DNA from: Candidatus Cloacimonadota bacterium
GTDB taxonomy: Bacteria; Cloacimonadota; Cloacimonadia; Cloacimonadales; WRIO01
DNA length: 64,000 nt
Direction of reading: 5' to 3'
Assembly (NCBI GenBank): GCA_009777575.1
Contig: WRLO01000001.1
Location: 15,493 to 79,492 of the forward strand
Shown here: in pieces, positions 1 to 7,917 of the stretch
How the letters are laid out: each line of letters begins with the position of its first letter
Position numbering within the stretch: the first letter of the stretch is position 1
Notes under the pieces: model-generated
The model's database searches: none
What the model saw: only the letters and a program-made list of their open reading frames with translations
What the model was told of the DNA's origin: nothing
Program-made: the position numbers and the translations under genes

Positions 1-2134
1 TCTCTAAAATGATTTCTGCACTTTGCGGATTATTCAGTAAACTAACTCGAATAGTATTTTTGAATTTTGACACTATAGGCTTATGTTTGAGTAATTGATG
101 TATAATATAAAATTTTTGATTAATAATATTAGATATGCTGTTATCAGAAATTTTTTGAATTAAATTTGAAGATGCAAACAACTTCCAAAAAGCGTCAGCA
201 TAACCAAAAAGCAAGGAATCATAAACATATTGAATATTTTCATCGTTGATATTATCAAAAAAAGTATAGACAATCTTATTGTATTTTATAACAGTCTCTT
301 TGTGTGTGGTTATTTCTTGTTCTGACCAGATAATGGGATATACTTCGTTATCTAAATATAATTTTATATGATATAACTCCATTATATCATTGATGTCTTC
401 ATAAGTAGGCTTTATTTCTGATACCAAGACTTCACTCATCCTATCAAAATGTATGGGTAGACCTAAATCGTCTTTTGAGTAAAAGACCACTCTTCTATAC
501 TCTTGATCTGATACAAATGTGCTCTTTAATGATTTATTCAGTTTATACTGCCTCGCTTTGTTGTCGCCTCTTGCTCTAAAAATCTTTTTTTCAGTCAAAC
601 TTCTTAAAAGTCTTTTTGCCGTCATTTCTGATAATTTTGTAATTTTCCTTGCATTAGTATTTGTAACCCACTCATTTTCTTCAAAATGAGGTAAAAGCAT
701 GGTTATAAATGACTTTTCTTTTTTTGTCAATTTTACTTTCATTATACCTGTGATTATTTGAATTATATCGGTCACATTATTTTGTAAATCTCTGTTTTTT
801 TGATTTATATCGGTCAATCTGTCAATTTTATCGGTCATATTATTTTGATTTTCTCTGTTTTTTTGATTTATATCGGTCAATTTGTCAATTTTATCAGTCA
901 CATTATTTTGTAAATCTTTGTTTTTTTGATTTTTATCGGTCAGATTGACAATTTTATCGGTCATAGTTATTAAATTATAATTCATATTTTTCATAATAAC
1001 ACGAAATGTACTCTTAGTAGATTCAAATATAGGCTTATTCTCATCAGAATAACCATAAAGGTTGGCAATCTCATCGCATATCTTTTTCAAGCCACTACCA
1101 CGTCTCTCCACAAAATCTAAACGATGAAATATGTCTGCTATCAAAGGATTTCTACGAATTGAATCCACTTTTTCAATTTGTTTATCTTGGATTAGCGAGC
1201 CATCAGGCATGCCGCCAGGAGAATAAATTTCTAAGCGATCATCAAACATATCTACATGAATTTCACTACCACAGATGTTATAGTCTCTGTGCATTATGGC
1301 ATTTGCAAGTGCCTCAAACACCGCTCTATCAGAATAATCAGGTTTGTTCAAACGATAGTTTGACATCTTTTTCCATCTGACTTTTGAATTCATTTTTATG
1401 AAATCGTGACTCTTCATAAGTTGAGAAATTAAATCGCCACTAAATTCTTTATCATCTATCGCATCGTCCTTTCCTCCACTTTTATCTATACCATCCCAAT
1501 GAGTACAAAAAAGCCTTGCTTGCAAAAGAGGACATTCATCTGAAAAGAGCAAACCTGCGTTTGTTACAGAACCATCTGTTTTGCATATATCGAAAGCTTT
1601 ATAATCACTCAATTCCAAATTTATATTTTTTAGTCGCTTGAAGGTTGCATTTAAAATAGTATATGACAAATTTTCATTTTTAAAATCAGTAGTAAGCTGA
1701 TCAAATGATAGATTTCGGCCTTTTAAAATAAGCTCGTTTAAGCGATTTGATGATGCTTGTTGACTATCACTTCCTATTCTGACAAAAGCTATCTTGTTCC
1801 CATCTGATGAGAAATAATAAGGAGTATCTTTACCTGCTGATATTTCTAAAATCAAGATATCCTTGCCATATTTTGTCTTTTCAGGTTTAAAATCAACTAT
1901 GGGTTGAGGGTCTATTTTTTCTTTCAAAATCTTACTGATACTATCTATGACACTTTTAATATCTGAAAGACCTACAACAGTTTTATCATCTCTCATACCA
2001 AAAATCAAAATACCACCACATTCATTTGCAAACGCACTGACTGTTTTTAGCCAGCTTTTGGGCTTTTTTACTTCAAGCATCTCTTTAAATTCACAGTCAC
2101 TCGACTCTGCGAGTATCTTTTTTATATCAATCAT
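1..2134 (-). CDS. AlbA_2 (Schlafen-type) DNA-binding domain / HATPase_c_4-like ATP-binding protein with winged-helix region and a long extra C-terminal region; 3-prime end lies beyond the window start
   Basis: ATG at 2134..2132 directly follows an in-frame TGA, with an AGGTGG RBS upstream. Hand translation MIDIKKILAESSDCEFKEMLEVKKPKSWLKTVSAFANECGGILIFG...ALANAIMHRDY... stays open to position 1, which explains the missing ORF-track call. Paralog of 15004..16401. Confidence 0.8.
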   Translation of the reverse strand, partial: MIDIKKILAESSDCEFKEMLEVKKPKSWLKTVSAFANECGGILIFGMRDDKTVVGLSDIKSVIDSISKILKEKIDPQPIVDFKPEKTKYGKDILILEISAGKDTPYYFSSDGNKIAFVRIGSDSQQASSNRLNELILKGRNLSFDQLTTDFKNENLSYTILNATFKRLKNINLELSDYKAFDICKTDGSVTNAGLLFSDECPLLQARLFCTHWDGIDKSGGKDDAIDDKEFSGDLISQLMKSHDFIKMNSKVRWKKMSNYRLNKPDYSDRAVFEALANAIMHRDYNICGSEIHVDMFDDRLEIYSPGGMPDGSLIQDKQIEKVDSIRRNPLIADIFHRLDFVERRGSGLKKICDEIANLYGYSDENKPIFESTKSTFRVIMKNMNYNLITMTDKIVNLTDKNQKNKDLQNNVTDKIDKLTDINQKNRENQNNMTDKIDRLTDINQKNRDLQNNVTDIIQIITGIMKVKLTKKEKSFITMLLPHFEENEWVTNTNARKITKLSEMTAKRLLRSLTEKKIFRARGDNKARQYKLNKSLKSTFVSDQEYRRVVFYSKDDLGLPIHFDRMSEVLVSEIKPTYEDINDIMELYHIKLYLDNEVYPIIWSEQEITTHKETVIKYNKIVYTFFDNINDENIQYVYDSLLFGYADAFWKLFASSNLIQKISDNSISNIINQKFYIIHQLLKHKPIVSKFKNTIRVSLLNNPQSAEIILE
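767..965. repeat. 63-bp tandem repeat, about 3.2 copies, in frame inside the CDS above (21-aa unit [M/V]TDKIxxLTDxNQKNxxxQNN)
   Basis: ATCGGTCA phase markers recur at 767, 830, 893 and 956 (63-bp period), with sub-period markers at 809, 872 and 935. Confidence 0.9.
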
Positions 2135-2178
2135 TCAGCTTTACCACCTATAAACCAAAATAAAAAACTAGTTAAATT

Positions 2179-2245
2179 TGTCAATCAAAAGTTATAAACC
2201 TGAAAAAAGCTCAAACTTTAATTCGTATTTTCTCAAACTATTTAG
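2179..2245 (-). promoter_or_regulatory. Conserved upstream box R1 (AGTTTGAGAA-N12-AGTTTGAGCT on minus strand, 2209..2245) plus TTGACA -35-like hexamer (2179..2184) ahead of the 2134 start
   Basis: Aligns with boxes at 16890..16927 and 18165..18198. All three lie 35-45 bp upstream of a TTGACAAA hexamer on the minus strand. Confidence 0.45.
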
Positions 2246-2263
2246 CGGTCTTTAATTGATCAA

Positions 2264-2271
2264 GGGGGGGG
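2264..2271. repeat. G8 homopolymer tract
   Basis: The string caagggggggggtatag is read directly. It is the only long G/C run I noticed in this AT-rich window. Confidence 0.9.
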
Positions 2272-2410
2272 TATAGTATGATATATCCCACATAAGCGCA
2301 TGTGTTGTAAATATATAGTGTTATCGCTAATATTAGTCAGAAAAGAGTTCAAGATTTTTCAAGAAAAGTTGGATATTTATTCGAAATGAATTATCTAATT
2401 TTATATATTT

Positions 2411-2490
2411 CCTTACCCATGCCAGAGGTATGGGAAGCTATGTAGAAAAGCAGAAACCCCACACCTTCTAGCATGCCGAAGGTATGCTCC
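2411..2490 (+). repeat. Short intergenic repeat (family 2, copy A) with GC-rich mini-hairpins
   Basis: CATGCCAGAGGTATGGGAAGCTATGTAGAAAAGC matches the reverse complement of 23765..23842 (CATGCCGAAGGTATGTGAAGCTAGGTAGAAAATG). Hairpins lie at 2416..2434 and 2471..2487. Confidence 0.7.
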
Positions 2491-2597
2491 CAAATATAGA
2501 AGCCACATATCAACCGTCCCATACCTACGCCACTACAAAAATCACCTCATCAAAATTAAATAAAAACGACAAAATAGGGGTTCTCGGACTGTTGTCA

Positions 2598-2698
2598 TAC
2601 TAATCCTCATTTAGAAAGTAACGTCAGATTTCCATCTGACGATTGATATATATACTCGAACTAGAAAGTTCGAGCTACATTTTAATTTAGGATTAGTA
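2598..2698. mobile_element. 101-bp MITE-like palindromic unit (termini TACTAATCCT...AGGATTAGTA) with a two-hairpin core
   Basis: 10-bp perfect terminal inverted repeats. Core hairpins are CGTCAGAT-ttcc-ATCTGACG and CTCGAAC-tagaaa-GTTCGAG. Termini are shared with the element at 13807..13954. Confidence 0.55.
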
Positions 2699-2854
2699 TC
2701 GGTTCTGTTTCTTGTTTTTCGAGTTCTTTTATATTTTCCCAAATTTCTCAATATCTCTTGGAGGTTGGTATAAATAAAACAACATAGTCCAATTTTGTCA
2801 TTCTGAACGAAGTGAAGAATCTCGGACCAAAAATTTTAAAATAAGGAGTTTTGT

Positions 2855-3456
2855 ATGGTATACGCTTATGTTAGAGTATCTACAGACAGGCAAACTGTCG
2901 AAAACCAAAAATTTGAGATTAAAAAGTTTTCTGAAGCAAATGACTTAAAAATTGGGAAATGGATTGAAGAATCTATTTCTGGGATGAAAACGCTTCAGGA
3001 GAGAAAACTGGGAAAATTATTAAAACAGATGAAGAAAAACGACATTCTGATATGTTCAGAATTATCTCGTCTGGGAAGAAATCTTTTGATGATTATGGGC
3101 ATCCTAAACGAATGTATGGAGAGAAAAATCAAAGTCTGGACTATAAAAGATAATTATCGTCTTGGAAAAGACATTAATTGTAAAGTGCTTGCTTTTGCCT
3201 TTGGTTTAACAGCTGAAATTGAGAGAGACCTTATCTCTGGAGAACCAAAGAAGCATTAGCAAGGAAAAAAGCTGAAGGCAAAATATTAGGTAGGCCCGTC
3301 GGAAGTAAAAACAAAACAAATAAGCTCAGCGGCAAAGAACACATTATTCAAGAAATGCTTAATGCAAAAATACCTAAGTCACGAATTGCCAAAAAGTTAA
3401 ATGTAAGACGACAAACGCTTTACACATTCATTGAGGAAATGAAGCTAAAAACTTAG
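2855..3456 (+). pseudogene. Serine recombinase (resolvase/invertase family), frameshifted between the catalytic and HTH domains
   Basis: N-terminal part MVYAYVRVSTDRQ...AEIERDLIS stops at 3259. The C-terminal part RTKEALARKKAEGKILGRPVGSKNK...IAKKLNVRRQTLYTFIEE continues in another frame to TAG at 3454..3456. The frame break is near 3237..3243 (atctctggagaacc, one base short of the expected ISERTK). Confidence 0.8.
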
Positions 3457-3575
3457 AAAATAATAACATAGAGAGAGCAAGATGTTGTTGAAATCATCCG
3501 CCAAACCTCAAAAATCAACTATTTTTACATAGTGCTAATTGCTTTATTTTTTATATAGATAGATGCAGAAAATGT

Positions 3576-3717
3576 AGTGTCCAATTTAAAGGTCATTTAA
3601 TTTGGACACTTTTGCTTCTTTGCAAGTATAAAAAAAAGTGTGATTTGAAGCGGGTTTTGAAAAAAGCTCTTGACAGAAACAAGTGTCTAAAAATAATGAC
3701 CTTTTTTATTGGACACT
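3576..3717 (+). promoter_or_regulatory. Two related dyad-symmetry elements (AGTGTCC...GGACACT) bracketing a TTGACA-N17-ATAATG promoter-like sequence
   Basis: Dyad 1 is 3576..3610 and dyad 2 is 3682..3717. Their loops carry GGTCATT and AATGACC, so they are inverted copies. Each is followed by ACTTTT(T)G. TTGACA is at 3670..3675. Confidence 0.4.
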
Positions 3718-3801
3718 TTTTGAAAATGGTAATTAAAAGTGTTGTTATTGAGCATGGTTTTTGCTTGAATTATCTAGCAAAAAACAATGTTGGAGGTAAA
3801 A

Positions 3802-4275
3802 ATGACAGACAATGCAAGAGAGCATTTTAGAGAAGGCTTTTCATACCTATCTCAACAAGATTATGAAAAAGCCATTGAAGAATTTTCAGAGGCTTTGAGC
3901 TTAGACTCAAATTATGAAGAAGCACTTGATGGTAGAGGAAAAGCTTATAAAGGTAGTGGAAATTGTCAAAAAGCAATTTCCGACTTCAATGAATTAATCC
4001 ATTTAAACCCCAACTTCCCTAGCGCTTTTTATTATCGTGGGCAATGTTGGCAAGCAATGAACAGATTTGACGATGCTTTTTTGGATTATGAAGAAGCAAT
4101 ACGAAGAGAACCAAATAATTATATAGGTTATATCGGAAGAGCAGGGATATACTGTGAAAGACAAGAACCATATAAAGCCCTTGAAGATTGCGAGCAAGCT
4201 TTGCAACTTAAACCAGATGCACCTGAAATACTTTATTATATTAAAGTTATCAAAGATGCATTTCGGATACAATAA
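3802..4275 (+). CDS. TPR repeat protein
   Basis: ORF track 3787..4275. GGAGG lies just before the ATG at 3802, so that start is preferred. Tandem TPR-like helices are visible (AIEEFSEALSLDSNYEEAL, AISDFNELIHLNPNFPSAFYYRG, AFLDYEEAIRREPNN). Confidence 0.85.
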   Translation: MTDNAREHFREGFSYLSQQDYEKAIEEFSEALSLDSNYEEALDGRGKAYKGSGNCQKAISDFNELIHLNPNFPSAFYYRGQCWQAMNRFDDAFLDYEEAIRREPNNYIGYIGRAGIYCERQEPYKALEDCEQALQLKPDAPEILYYIKVIKDAFRIQ

Positions 4276-4322
4276 AGAAGAGCCAAATCATGAAAAAATA
4301 TTAAAATATATAAGGAGTCATT

Positions 4323-4751
4323 ATGATTGACAGAACAAAAGCGTGCAAATCCCTGACAATAAGAGGTAACGAATTTTATTGTGGAAAATACAATGAAGAG
4401 TTACCTTATTTAGTGAGCGAGTATAACACTTTACCTTGCAGAGATATTGAAAGACCTGGATTTAGTTGTTTCATAGAAGACTCACGCGAAATGGGAAGAA
4501 GAATGTCAGCATCTGAAAAAAGCGGTTGCTATATCGCTACTTGCGTTTATGGCTCTTATGACAGCCCGGAAGTATGGACACTTAGACGATATCGTGATGA
4601 TGTTTTGATGCGATCATTGCTTGGCAGGTCTTTTATAAGTGTATATTATGCTATCAGTCCGAGCTTGGTTCGATTTTTAGGTGAAAAACAATGGTTTCAT
4701 AGTCTGTTGAAACCAATGTTGGATAAAATAGTACAAAAGTTATCAAAATAA
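4323..4751 (+). CDS. Hypothetical protein with Cys-rich N-terminal half and a C-terminal GCYIATCVYGS...LRRYRDDVL...YY.ISP module
   Basis: ORF with TAAGGAG RBS. The C-terminal motif resembles a CxIATAxYGS...LRxFRD module I recall from termini of surface proteins (recollection only). Confidence 0.75.
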   Translation: MIDRTKACKSLTIRGNEFYCGKYNEELPYLVSEYNTLPCRDIERPGFSCFIEDSREMGRRMSASEKSGCYIATCVYGSYDSPEVWTLRRYRDDVLMRSLLGRSFISVYYAISPSLVRFLGEKQWFHSLLKPMLDKIVQKLSK

Positions 4752-4760
4752 GGAGAAACT

Positions 4761-5270
4761 ATGGATTTTATAGTTTTTTTGGCTTTTGTGGGTGGGATAA
4801 TCTTTTTGGTGAAAAGTCACAAAAATCAAGTAAAGAAAAAGAAAACCGATGAACTAAAAGAGACAGCCGGATATGAGATGGCTATTCTGATAAAAGATAA
4901 ATTACAAGAAGAGGGTTATCTTGTAGGTGATCTAGATGTTCGCACAATTGAGGATAGTATGTGGGGTACGATGGGTAATTTCACGATATTTGACTCTATG
5001 AAAACCAGTATAGGATATATGCAAATATCTCTGACTACTAAAGGAATTAAAGCTGCGTTAGAAGTTCAGAGAAATCAAAGAATGTTAGGTTATGGCGAAG
5101 GATATATAATCTGTTGTGCAAATACAGGAATTTTTATTAAATCATCTAATGATCATAAATTCTTGAAAATTTGTGATCAGGTCATAAAAGACAGCAAATA
5201 TGAGTTTGAACATCCACAGGAATATTATCAATATCCAGAGATGCGAAAGTATCTAAATGTGATGTTTTAA
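4761..5270 (+). CDS. Hypothetical single-pass membrane protein
   Basis: ORF with TAAGGAG RBS. N-terminal hydrophobic helix FIVFLAFVGGIIFLV is followed by a Lys-rich stop-transfer stretch. Confidence 0.75.
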   Translation: MDFIVFLAFVGGIIFLVKSHKNQVKKKKTDELKETAGYEMAILIKDKLQEEGYLVGDLDVRTIEDSMWGTMGNFTIFDSMKTSIGYMQISLTTKGIKAALEVQRNQRMLGYGEGYIICCANTGIFIKSSNDHKFLKICDQVIKDSKYEFEHPQEYYQYPEMRKYLNVMF

Positions 5271-5312
5271 AAATAAATAAAGATTTGAGATTTAATAAAA
5301 ATGGGAGATAAT

Positions 5313-5528
5313 ATGAGTAAACTAATTTGTGTGAAAATGGAGATGCGTGACACAGTTTTACATGGTAAAACTGTATCAGGTATGACTTGTCTATGGTTAG
5401 CAAGAGATCCAGAACACGAAGTGGGCGCTTTATGGTGTTCAAAATACAATGTAAAGTGGCTTGAAGGATATGCTCACCGCTGTATCGAGGGTAGGGAATG
5501 CACATATACAAGAGAAAAATCCTATTGA
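5313..5528 (+). CDS. Small Cys-rich hypothetical protein (71 aa from the second ATG)
   Basis: ORF track 5301..5528. GGGAGA lies 4 nt before the ATG at 5313. Five Cys residues, no recognised family. Confidence 0.55.
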   Translation: MSKLICVKMEMRDTVLHGKTVSGMTCLWLARDPEHEVGALWCSKYNVKWLEGYAHRCIEGRECTYTREKSY

Positions 5529-5574
5529 AAATAGGCAAAAAACTAAAAACAAACCCTAAAAAAGGAGGAGTAAT

Positions 5575-5757
5575 ATGCCTGATATGTGTCCTTATTTCGA
5601 TGATCGTTACGATACTTGTAAACGGTATGGTACACATCAAGAAGAATATCAAGTACGGAACTACTGCTGTACTACGAACTACAGAAATTGTGCAAATTAT
5701 CCGAGTAGTTACATTGAAGTACCTGATATTGACATATTAATAAATGGAAACAAATAG
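5575..5757 (+). CDS. Small Cys-rich hypothetical protein (MCPYFD...C...YCC...Y..C..Y)
   Basis: Strong AAAGGAGGAG RBS and a 60-aa ORF. The overlapping ORFs 5182..5652(-) and 5498..5740(+) lack such signals. Confidence 0.7.
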   Translation: MPDMCPYFDDRYDTCKRYGTHQEEYQVRNYCCTTNYRNCANYPSSYIEVPDIDILINGNK

Positions 5758-5847
5758 TTTTTATTTTATTTTAATTAGCCTATCAGCCAGATTACTTTTG
5801 GTGGTCTGGCTTGATATGGTAAGAATATGCTGGAAAAAGAGTAAACT

Positions 5848-7917
5848 ATGAATAAATTTAATAAAATTATTGTTATAATCATTATGATATACTCTACAAA
5901 ACTATACGCTCAAACCACTTATTATTTAGGTGACGGTGGCATGGGAAAAAGCCTTACTATAACCGAATTTACTCAACAGGGTTTATCAGGAGAGATTGAG
6001 ACTCGTATTCCCAGTTTACTTCAGTGGCAATTAACATCAATTTTCAGTAAATATACAGCTGTCAAAGTTACAGACAGAACTGTATTAAATGAAGTTATCC
6101 TTGAGACTCTTGACCCTATTTATACAGATAACAACTGGGATATAATTAGCTTAGGACACATTTTGCACTCTGATTACATCATGATAGGCAGGATAACAAG
6201 GACATCAACAGGGTTTTCAATACAAATAAGTGTAACAGAAACTAAAAATGGACATATTGTTGCATCTTATTCTGGAATATATACTTTGGAACAAATTGAG
6301 CAACAGTCGGCAACACAAATAATAGCTCAGGACATTTTTTTGCAGATGGGTATTCGAATCACTGAAACTGCCAGAAGAGAATTAAATAGCATAGTAAATC
6401 AAAATCAGATTACAGCACAAATAAACCTTGCTCAAGGCGATACTGCACAAAGACAAGGAACAGTAGTGCAAGCATTAAGCTATTATTTCCAAGCAGCTAT
6501 TTTGGATTCATCACTTCTTGACGAAATAAACAGATATACCATAACAATAGCAAACATAGATTCAGGTGATATAGGCAGGGATGCCCGTGCCGACATCAGA
6601 TGGCGAGAAGCATGGCAAGCTCGTTTGATAGAAACTGAAGAATTTTTCTTTAATTTATTAGAAAACTCGAACCCACCATATACTCTATTTTATGTACCAG
6701 AAGCGATAGAGCGTAAGAATTTGAACTACAACAATCAAACAATAGACATCGCTTTTCCTGTTTACATCAGAGCAAATAGAACATGGTTTACTTCAATAAT
6801 GGGTAGTATGGAAATGGTTACAAAAAAGTTTTACGATGAACTTCAATCTACAGGAATGGCAAGAAATTGGGGCTTAGCAAACTGGCCTAATGCAGGCGTT
6901 TCAAATAGAAATCCATATAATAGAGCATGGAATAAAGACATCCAAATAGTATTCGAGCTTGTGAATGACCAAAATAGAGTTATAGGTAGATGGAATAATA
7001 ATATTCCTTTTAGTTTTTCTATGAGAAATATGCAAACGGTATTTAACGACCATCAACAGCAAATCGAGTTTAGAGGCGTTAATGCAAATGAGGTTTCCAG
7101 CAGGCTTGAAATTCGTATAATTAGTATAAATGGTGTATCACCACAAAATGCAAAATTTCCTATTAAAACTCTTACAAAAGCTCAATTTGAGGAAAGTATA
7201 AGGTTAGAAAGCGAAAACAGATTTGTAGTAGAAAATGGCGTGTTAAAAGGATATTCTAATACTTATTTACAAAATAATAGGCTTGCTAGTGATAGAGTAA
7301 GAGTTTTAAGTATTCCTGCATTAATTTTCAAATGGGACGAAGTTCATCAAATTTCATCAATAGGAGAAGGTGCTTTTGCAAACCAAAGAATCGGCAGAGT
7401 CATTATTTCAAAATCTATTCATACAATAAGTGATGGTGCGTTTCGTGATAATAACATATCAAGTATAGAATTTTCGGACAGAATAATAAGAAGTGGTGAG
7501 CGGTATATGGCAGATTTAAGCAATATCACTTTGTATGATGTAAATGTTGTCTCTATTGGAAATCACGCCTTTCAAAACAACTGGTTAAGAGTTTTAAACC
7601 TACCCGAAAGCGTTACTAATATTGGTGATAACGCTTTCTATGGAAATTATTTAGCTGAAATTGTCATTGATAAAAATATTCAAAAAATTGGCAGAAACGC
7701 TTTTACGGGAATGAAATGTCCATGGACTGGCAGAAATCAAGAAATATCAAAAATAACTATAAGCGATAAGGTTAAATTATTGTACGGTGCATTTAGTGAT
7801 AGTTTTATGTATGCTTATTATAACGATACCGGGCGAAAAGCAGGTAGATACGAAAGCCAAGTTTTTGGCTCTGAACAAAATCCTAAATATTATTGGAGAT
7901 TGTATGATGCGAACTAA
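5848..7917 (+). CDS. Secreted multidomain protein: signal peptide, LpoB/CsgG/TolB-N-like module, helical region, unknown middle, C-terminal BspA-type leucine-rich repeats
   Basis: Signal peptide IIMIYSTKLYA-Q. The module reads VTDRTVLNEVILE...SDYIMIGRITR...FSIQISVTETKNGHIV. LRR_5-like repeats include ISSIGEGAF, IHTISDGAF, VVSIGNHAF, VTNIGDNAF and IQKIGRNAF. Confidence 0.85.
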   Translation: MNKFNKIIVIIIMIYSTKLYAQTTYYLGDGGMGKSLTITEFTQQGLSGEIETRIPSLLQWQLTSIFSKYTAVKVTDRTVLNEVILETLDPIYTDNNWDIISLGHILHSDYIMIGRITRTSTGFSIQISVTETKNGHIVASYSGIYTLEQIEQQSATQIIAQDIFLQMGIRITETARRELNSIVNQNQITAQINLAQGDTAQRQGTVVQALSYYFQAAILDSSLLDEINRYTITIANIDSGDIGRDARADIRWREAWQARLIETEEFFFNLLENSNPPYTLFYVPEAIERKNLNYNNQTIDIAFPVYIRANRTWFTSIMGSMEMVTKKFYDELQSTGMARNWGLANWPNAGVSNRNPYNRAWNKDIQIVFELVNDQNRVIGRWNNNIPFSFSMRNMQTVFNDHQQQIEFRGVNANEVSSRLEIRIISINGVSPQNAKFPIKTLTKAQFEESIRLESENRFVVENGVLKGYSNTYLQNNRLASDRVRVLSIPALIFKWDEVHQISSIGEGAFANQRIGRVIISKSIHTISDGAFRDNNISSIEFSDRIIRSGERYMADLSNITLYDVNVVSIGNHAFQNNWLRVLNLPESVTNIGDNAFYGNYLAEIVIDKNIQKIGRNAFTGMKCPWTGRNQEISKITISDKVKLLYGAFSDSFMYAYYNDTGRKAGRYESQVFGSEQNPKYYWRLYDAN

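Noticed and set aside
767-965. Regularly spaced direct repeats that might have been a CRISPR array.
   Set aside because: The units are contiguous 63-bp tandem copies with no unique spacers. They lie in frame within a CDS and encode a 21-aa peptide repeat. No cas genes are present.
1-2134. No ORF-track call across 2 kb of obviously coding minus-strand sequence. I considered an alternative genetic code or heavy pseudogenisation.
   Set aside because: Hand translation in the standard code gives one uninterrupted frame from ATG 2134 to position 1. The ORF is missing from the track only because it has no stop inside the window. All other genes read normally with code 11.
3576-3717. A fimS-like invertible promoter switched by the adjacent serine recombinase.
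   Set aside because: The putative -10 hexamer overlaps the right repeat, so inversion would destroy the promoter. The repeats are imperfect (17-20 of 23) and each is itself a hairpin with a T run, so terminator or operator roles are equally good. The recombinase is frameshifted. It is kept only as a low-interest finding.
3612-3830. A 72-aa plus-strand ORF upstream of the TPR gene.
   Set aside because: It spans the dyad/promoter region, has no RBS, and overlaps the better-supported TPR start.
5182-5740. ORFs 5182..5652(-), 5267..5449(-) and 5498..5740(+) overlapping the two small Cys-rich genes.
   Set aside because: They have no RBS and hydrophobic low-complexity products. The plus-strand genes at 5313 and 5575 have GGAG-type RBSs at proper spacing.
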